Below are positions 58,311-64,000 of a DNA stretch of 64,000 nucleotides, piece by piece. The DNA is taken from NCBI GenBank assembly GCA_032260385.1, contig JAVVEL010000004.1, positions 9,111-73,110 on the forward strand, read 5' to 3'. A program made the translations under genes and the position numbers. Numbering within the stretch: position 1 is the first letter of the stretch; every line of letters begins with the position of its first letter. The stretch is from Bacteroidales bacterium (lineage in GTDB: Bacteria > Bacteroidota > Bacteroidia > Bacteroidales > VadinHA17). Below the pieces are notes generated by a model, which did no database searches, had not been told where the DNA came from, and was given only the letters and a program-made list of their open reading frames with translations.

Positions 58311-60410
58311 ATGGCACTCCGGGATGAAATAATATGGCGAAGCGGTGTTGTATATATAGCTATTATGCTTATTGCACTTGCTATACTTGCCCGTATTTTC
58401 ATTATTCAGTTTCTCCAGGGTGAGGAATGGGCCGAACTGGGGGAGGAATTTGTTTACAAAACCGACATTGTCCCCGCCAACAGAGGTGATATTTTATCTG
58501 ATGACGGGAGACTGCTGGCCAGCTCCGTCCCATATTATTCGGTATACATCGATACACGAAGCACGGGCATGGACCAGCAGACATGGACCCATGGTCTTGA
58601 CGGCCTGTGTGATGGCCTTTCCAAAATAATAGGACTTAAGTCTGCAGATGCATGGAAAAGGGATCTGCTTAACGCAAGGAGAAACGGAGAAAGGTACTAC
58701 CTCATAAAACGAAGGGTCAGTCATAATACCCTAAAAGAGTTGAAACAGTTGCCCATATTCGAGCATGGGAGGTATAAGGGAGGTTTCATTGCAGAACCTG
58801 AGAATTTGCGCTTACGTCCGCACCACAGGCTGGCAAGCCGCACCATCGGATATCTGACAAAGGGATCTGCAGGTAATGTGGTCGGACTGGAGGGTGCCTA
58901 TGATGCCGAGCTTACAGGCATTAGCGGATCAGTTTTAAAGCAGCGCCTGACAGGTGGAGCATGGATGCCTGTGAACAGCCCTAACTCGGTTGAGCCTAGG
59001 GATGGCAATGATATTCTGACTACAATAAATATTGACCTGCAGGACGTAGCTGAGACGGCACTTGAGAAACAACTGGTGAAGCATAATGCCCATCATGGTG
59101 TGGCAGTACTCATGGAAGTTCAAACAGGAGACATAAAAGCTATGGCCAATCTGGAGATGGGAGAGGATGGTAATTTCTATGAATCATATAATTATGCCGT
59201 TGGTGAGAGCACCGAACCGGGTTCAACCTTCAAGCTGGCATCTTTCATGGCTGCCCTGGAAGATGGGGTTGTCGATCTGGATGATACAATAGATACCGGT
59301 GACGGAAGTGTCAGGTATTATGACAAAACAATAAGGGATACAAGGCAGGAAGGTTATGGAAGACTAAGTGTCAAAGAAATCTTCGAGAAATCATCCAATG
59401 TGGGAACGGCCAAAATAATTTACGAGAATTATAAGAGCCGCCCGGGTGCTTATGTCGACAGGCTCTACCGCATGGGGCTGAATGAGAAACTGGGTCTTGA
59501 TATCAGGGGAGAAGGCACTCCGCTGATCAGGTACCCGGGCGACAGGTACTGGTCGGGTATTTCATTACCAATGATGTCGCATGGTTATGAGGTGCAGATG
59601 ACACCACTTCAGATACTGACTTTCTACAATGCCGTGGCCAACGGGGGCCGGATGATGAAACCAAGAATTGTCAGGGAAGTACAATATCATGGTGAAACCA
59701 TAAAAGAAATAAATACCGAAGTCCTTAACCCTGCCATCTGCTCCCGTGTAACCATAGAAAAGGCCAGGTTATTACTGGAAGGTGTTGTTAAAAATGGTAC
59801 GGCAAAAAACCTTGATAATGATACTTACAGCATAGCCGGCAAAACGGGAACAGCACAGATAGCAAACGACAAATATGGCTATAAACATGGGGGCAAGGTC
59901 TCCTACCAGGCTTCATTCGTTGGTTATTTTCCTGCAGAAAACCCGGTATACTCATGCATTGTGGTTGTCAATGCTCCTTCAAACTCGGTTTATTACGGCA
60001 ACCTGGTTGCAGGCCCGGTGTTCAAAGAAATAGCTGATAAGGTATATGCAACACATTTTTTTGATGATCCTGAGACACCTGGCAATAACGCTCCTGAGGT
60101 AAAAAAGGGATATGCAGGTGACGCGAAATACCTGCTGGCTGAACTGGGTGTGAAATTTAACTGCCCTGTCAAAGAGAAATGGGTTGAAGCATATACAGGA
60201 GGCGACACAGTCAGATTCAGGGAAGTGGAATTGATTGAAAACCTGGTTCCGAATGTTATCGGGATGGGCCTCAGGGATGCCCTTTTCCTGCTCGAGAATA
60301 CAGGACTTAAGGTGACTGTCAGCGGGAGGGGTAAGGTTGTTAGTCAGTCTTTGCGTCCCGGAATAAGAATAACAAAGGGCTCTAATATAAACATTGAATT
60401 ACGAAACTGA
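58311..60410 (+). CDS. ftsI: penicillin-binding protein (FtsI/PBP3-like transpeptidase with a C-terminal PASTA-like domain)
   Basis: It has the SxxK (STFKLAS), SxN (KSSNVG) and KTG (GKTGTAQ) motifs, an N-terminal TM anchor, and a C-terminal segment VPNVIGMGLRDALFLLENTGLKVTVSGRGKVVSQS. Confidence 0.9.
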   Translation: MALRDEIIWRSGVVYIAIMLIALAILARIFIIQFLQGEEWAELGEEFVYKTDIVPANRGDILSDDGRLLASSVPYYSVYIDTRSTGMDQQTWTHGLDGLCDGLSKIIGLKSADAWKRDLLNARRNGERYYLIKRRVSHNTLKELKQLPIFEHGRYKGGFIAEPENLRLRPHHRLASRTIGYLTKGSAGNVVGLEGAYDAELTGISGSVLKQRLTGGAWMPVNSPNSVEPRDGNDILTTINIDLQDVAETALEKQLVKHNAHHGVAVLMEVQTGDIKAMANLEMGEDGNFYESYNYAVGESTEPGSTFKLASFMAALEDGVVDLDDTIDTGDGSVRYYDKTIRDTRQEGYGRLSVKEIFEKSSNVGTAKIIYENYKSRPGAYVDRLYRMGLNEKLGLDIRGEGTPLIRYPGDRYWSGISLPMMSHGYEVQMTPLQILTFYNAVANGGRMMKPRIVREVQYHGETIKEINTEVLNPAICSRVTIEKARLLLEGVVKNGTAKNLDNDTYSIAGKTGTAQIANDKYGYKHGGKVSYQASFVGYFPAENPVYSCIVVVNAPSNSVYYGNLVAGPVFKEIADKVYATHFFDDPETPGNNAPEVKKGYAGDAKYLLAELGVKFNCPVKEKWVEAYTGGDTVRFREVELIENLVPNVIGMGLRDALFLLENTGLKVTVSGRGKVVSQSLRPGIRITKGSNINIELRN

Positions 60411-61870
60411 TGAGGAAACTCACAGAAATATTGAGCGGAATTGATTGCCGATGTTCAATAAAGCCGGATGATATCTCTGTAGCTAATATATGCTTTGATT
60501 CCAGGATGGTGGGTGAAAATGACCTTTTTGTTGCCGTGAAGGGTAAGCTTACCGACGGTCATGTATATATTGATGATGCCCTGAGCCGGGGTGCAAGAGC
60601 GGTGGTTTGTGAAAATGTGCCCGGGAAGGCCGACCCCCGCATATGCTGGATCAATGTAGCCGACTCTGCCCATGCCCTGGCACTCTGTGCTTCAAATTAC
60701 TATGACAAACCATCAGGGAAGGTAGGCCTCGTAGGAGTTACAGGTACAAACGGAAAAACAACAACGGCCACCCTTTTGTATATGCTTTTCACTGCAATGG
60801 GATATAAAGCCGGCTTAATATCAACAGTCAAAAATTATATTGCCGGGAAAGAGATTGATGCAAGTCTCACCACACCTGACCCTGTAAAAATTAATATGCT
60901 GCTAAGGGAAATGACCGAGGCAGGTTGTGAGTATGCCTTTATGGAAGTCAGTTCGCATGCAGTGGTGCAGAAAAGGATAGCAGGTCTTGAATTTACCATG
61001 GGCATATTTACCAATATAACACACGATCATCTTGATTATCATGGCACTTTCGATAATTACCTCAGTGCAAAAAAGGAATTTTTTGATCAATTACCTGCAG
61101 GCTCCACGGCCCTGGTAAATGCAGATGATCGCAACAAATCTGTTATGGTGCAGAACTGTAAGGCTATGATTTATGAATATTCACTTAAGTCAGTGGCTGA
61201 TTATACCTGCAGGATAGTGGAGCAGGGCTTTGATGGCATGAATATAAGATTCGGGAACCAGGATGTGTGGACAGGTTTTATTGGTGAATTCAATGCTTAT
61301 AATCTCCTGGCAGTGGCTTCTGCTGCTGACCTGCTCGGGCAGGACCGCCTGGAAGTACTTACCGGTATCAGTAGTCTTAAACCGGTGCCCGGAAGATTCG
61401 AAGTCATAAGATCAGATTTGGGACTCACTGCTATTGTTGATTATGCACATACTCCTGATGCCCTGTCAAATGTCTTGTCAGCCATTAAAAAAATACGCCG
61501 GCCCGGGAACAAGCTTATTACGGTAGTAGGTGCAGGCGGCGACCGCGATAAAAGCAAGCGGCCCATAATGGCAAGGATATGTGCTGAAAACAGTGACAGG
61601 TTAATCCTGACGTCAGATAACCCCAGAACTGAAGATCCGAATATGATAATTGATGATATGATAAAGGGAATACCCGGGAATATGTCAGACAGGGTGCTGA
61701 GAATAGCAGACAGAAGAGAGGCTATAAGGGCTGCTACTATGCTGGCAGGTGCAAATGATATAATACTTGTTGCGGGCAAAGGCCACGAGACCTACCAGGA
61801 AATAATGGGAAAGCGTCAGCATTTTGATGACCGGGAAGAGCTTAGAAAAATATTTATGTCGGCTAACTAA
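60410..61870 (+). CDS. murE: UDP-N-acetylmuramoyl-L-alanyl-D-glutamate--2,6-diaminopimelate ligase
   Basis: [12 protein letters not shown], and the DNPR motif ([10 protein letters not shown]) that points to meso-DAP specificity. Confidence 0.95.
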   Translation: MRKLTEILSGIDCRCSIKPDDISVANICFDSRMVGENDLFVAVKGKLTDGHVYIDDALSRGARAVVCENVPGKADPRICWINVADSAHALALCASNYYDKPSGKVGLVGVTGTNGKTTTATLLYMLFTAMGYKAGLISTVKNYIAGKEIDASLTTPDPVKINMLLREMTEAGCEYAFMEVSSHAVVQKRIAGLEFTMGIFTNITHDHLDYHGTFDNYLSAKKEFFDQLPAGSTALVNADDRNKSVMVQNCKAMIYEYSLKSVADYTCRIVEQGFDGMNIRFGNQDVWTGFIGEFNAYNLLAVASAADLLGQDRLEVLTGISSLKPVPGRFEVIRSDLGLTAIVDYAHTPDALSNVLSAIKKIRRPGNKLITVVGAGGDRDKSKRPIMARICAENSDRLILTSDNPRTEDPNMIIDDMIKGIPGNMSDRVLRIADRREAIRAATMLAGANDIILVAGKGHETYQEIMGKRQHFDDREELRKIFMSAN

Positions 61871-61880
61871 AACAGAAAGG

Positions 61881-63137
61881 ATGTTATATTACCTGTTTAA
61901 ATATCTTGAATCATTGGATATCCCCGGGGCGGGAGTCTTTGAATATATCTCTTTCCGCTCAGCCGCAGCAATTATTACTTCCCTGCTTATTTCACTCCTT
62001 GTCGGCAAGAGAATAATAAAGCGACTGCAGAGGGAGCAGGTAGGTGAGCTTGTACGCAACCTGGGACTGGAAGGGCAACACAGGAAGGAAGGGACTCCTT
62101 CGATGGGAGGCCTGATAATACTTGCTTCAATAATCATCCCGACTCTCCTCTTTGCCAGGCTTGACAATATTTATGTGATACTCATGCTTGTCACCACTTT
62201 CTGGCTTGGCTTAATAGGTTTCGTCGATGACTACATAAAGATTTTTAAAAAGAATAAGAAGGGACTGGCCGGCAGGTTTAAAATTATTGGTCAGATGGTG
62301 CTGGGCCTGGTCGTCGGGGTCACCCTGCTTTTCAGCGATCAGGCAGTGGTAAGGGAAATAGTGGCCGTTGAGGAGATGAATATTTTCCAGACTTCTCAAT
62401 ACCTCCAGGCAGCAAATGTAGACCAGACAGCCGATTATGTGACCAGGGATATTAAATGTACCAAGACAACCATTCCATTTGTAAAGGACAACGAGTTTGA
62501 TTATTCATGGCTGGTTCCCTTTATAAAGGATGAAAACAGGCAGACTGCAGGCTGGTTCGTTTTCGTTATTGTAACCATATTTATTGTAATAGGCGTATCA
62601 AACGGGGCTAACCTGACTGACGGACTTGACGGGCTGGCAACCGGCACATCTTCTATTATAGGTGTAACCCTCGGGGTGCTTGCCTATGTGTCAGGTAACA
62701 TAATTTACGCTGACTACCTGAATATCATGTATATCCCCTATACAGGGGAGCTGGTGATATTTGCCAGCGCTTTTATAGGAGCAACCATCGGCTTCCTATG
62801 GTATAATTCCTATCCTGCCCAGGTTTTTATGGGCGATACCGGAAGCCTTGCCCTGGGTGGTATAATAGCGGTTTTTGCAATAGTTATAAGGAAAGAACTG
62901 CTGATCCCGATACTGTGTGGGATCTTCCTGGCAGAGAGCCTTTCCGTAATAATACAGGTAAGCTGGTTCAGGAGAACACGGAGAAAAACCGGGCTTGGTA
63001 AACGCGTGTTCCTAATGGCTCCACTGCATCATCATTACCAGATGAAAGGATACCCTGAAGCAAAAATTGTAACAAGGTTCTGGATAGTGGCCATAATGCT
63101 TGCTGTATTGAGCGTAGTAACATTGAAGATCAGATAA
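61881..63137 (+). CDS. mraY: phospho-N-acetylmuramoyl-pentapeptide transferase
   Basis: I chose the ATG at 61881 ([10 protein letters not shown]...). Motifs are [32 protein letters not shown] and APLHHH. Confidence 0.95.
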   Translation: MLYYLFKYLESLDIPGAGVFEYISFRSAAAIITSLLISLLVGKRIIKRLQREQVGELVRNLGLEGQHRKEGTPSMGGLIILASIIIPTLLFARLDNIYVILMLVTTFWLGLIGFVDDYIKIFKKNKKGLAGRFKIIGQMVLGLVVGVTLLFSDQAVVREIVAVEEMNIFQTSQYLQAANVDQTADYVTRDIKCTKTTIPFVKDNEFDYSWLVPFIKDENRQTAGWFVFVIVTIFIVIGVSNGANLTDGLDGLATGTSSIIGVTLGVLAYVSGNIIYADYLNIMYIPYTGELVIFASAFIGATIGFLWYNSYPAQVFMGDTGSLALGGIIAVFAIVIRKELLIPILCGIFLAESLSVIIQVSWFRRTRRKTGLGKRVFLMAPLHHHYQMKGYPEAKIVTRFWIVAIMLAVLSVVTLKIR

Positions 63138-64000
63138 TGAAGCAGAAAATCGTCATACTGGGTGCGGGTGAGAGTGGAACAGGATCGGCTATCCTGGCTG
63201 CAAAGGAAGGGTATGATGTCTTTGTATCAGATATAGCAGGGATAAAGGATAAATACAGACAGGATCTAATTGCCCATAATATTGATTACGAGGAAGGTAA
63301 GCACAGCATAGAACTCCTGCATGAAGCTGATCTGATTGTTAAAAGCCCCGGAATACCCGATGATAAGTCGCCGGTGCGTGAACTCATTGACGCAGGAATA
63401 CCGGTAATATCCGAGATTGAGTTTGCCGGAAGGTTTACCGGTGCCAGAAAGATATGTATTACAGGCAGCAATGGTAAGACAACAACAACAAATCTTATAT
63501 ATGAATTATTGACAAGAGCAGGCTTTAACGTTGCACTGTCAGGCAATGTTGGCTACTCCTTTGCACGGCAGGTGGCCGAGGCTAACTATGATTATTTTGT
63601 TATAGAGCTGAGTAGTTTTCAGCTTGACGGCATGTTCGATTTTAAGGCTGATATTGCCGTTTTATTGAATATCACACCTGACCACCTCGATCGCTATGGC
63701 AATACTTTCCAGGGATATATAGACTCCAAATTCAGGATACTTAATAATCAGACGGCGGATGATTACTTCATCTTCTGGGCTGACGATCCCGTAATAGCCA
63801 GGGAACTTTCGCTCAGAAACCCGAAAGCCCGCTTGCTGCCATTTTCCACTGAAAGAAAAGCAGGGATGGCAGGATATATTGAAAATAACAATCTAACCCT
63901 TTCCATTCACAATAAAACCGAAACCATTATGACTATTCATGACCTTGCACTTAAGGGCCGCCATAATACCTTTAATTCAATGGCTGCGGCAATAGCAGGT
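63137..64000 (+). CDS. murD: UDP-N-acetylmuramoylalanine--D-glutamate ligase, 3'-truncated by the window edge
   Basis: The ATG at 63137 overlaps the mraY stop (TAATG). My translation gives [32 protein letters not shown]...ICITGSNGKTTTTNL. The frame stays open to the window end. It is not in the ORF track because no stop is present. Confidence 0.9.
   Translation, partial: MKQKIVILGAGESGTGSAILAAKEGYDVFVSDIAGIKDKYRQDLIAHNIDYEEGKHSIELLHEADLIVKSPGIPDDKSPVRELIDAGIPVISEIEFAGRFTGARKICITGSNGKTTTTNLIYELLTRAGFNVALSGNVGYSFARQVAEANYDYFVIELSSFQLDGMFDFKADIAVLLNITPDHLDRYGNTFQGYIDSKFRILNNQTADDYFIFWADDPVIARELSLRNPKARLLPFSTERKAGMAGYIENNNLTLSIHNKTETIMTIHDLALKGRHNTFNSMAAAIAG

Overview
The window looks like a largely syntenic, housekeeping stretch of a Bacteroidota chromosome. 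I call about 60 protein genes, 2 tRNAs, several intrinsic terminators and many candidate promoters. Three observations support the lineage. No Shine-Dalgarno sequences precede the genes. A TAnnTTTG -7 box recurs upstream of many start codons. There is also a T9SS C-terminal sorting domain, a GH92 mannosidase, a CarboxypepD_reg-type TonB-dependent receptor and the acpP-fabF-rnc arrangement. Gene content, left to right, is as follows. An ECF sigma factor, an alpha/beta hydrolase, a GSCFA protein and a TonB-dependent receptor. A sigma-54 activator, an LptE-like gene, secG, groES and groEL. lepA, then a histidine kinase and OmpR-type regulator pair. rnc, fabF, acpP, purN, an M23 peptidase and leuS. 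tRNA-Arg(CCG) followed by a radical SAM gene. An exbB-exbD-exbD cluster and tRNA-Ser(GGA). ansA, tatD, then two glutamate dehydrogenase paralogs flanking dprA. tadA, aspS and miaB. A GH92, flippase-like, EEP-lipoprotein and cation/H+ antiporter block. A lactonase, a 7TM-LuxR regulator, yebC, a SPOR protein and purF. An N-acyltransferase plus O-acyltransferase lipid pair. The start of the dcw cluster, from mraZ through rsmH, ftsL, ftsI, murE and mraY to a truncated murD. I saw no transposase, integrase, CRISPR array, reverse transcriptase or recognisable defence system, and no convincing novel multi-gene protein system. The observations most worth a second look are non-coding. First, a 446-bp gene-free gap (17307-17752) holds a strong hairpin that pairs a perfect SD sequence with a 14-nt copy of the 16S rRNA 3' tail, followed by an orphan plus-strand terminator; this may be an sRNA. 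Second, a 40-bp non-coding tandem repeat lies between GH92 and miaB. Third, a small secreted-protein gene is split by a 1-nt frameshift in an A5 run. Fourth, a textbook MraZ operator array sits upstream of mraZ. All functional calls rest on motif recognition from the translated ORFs and from memory. No database search was run.
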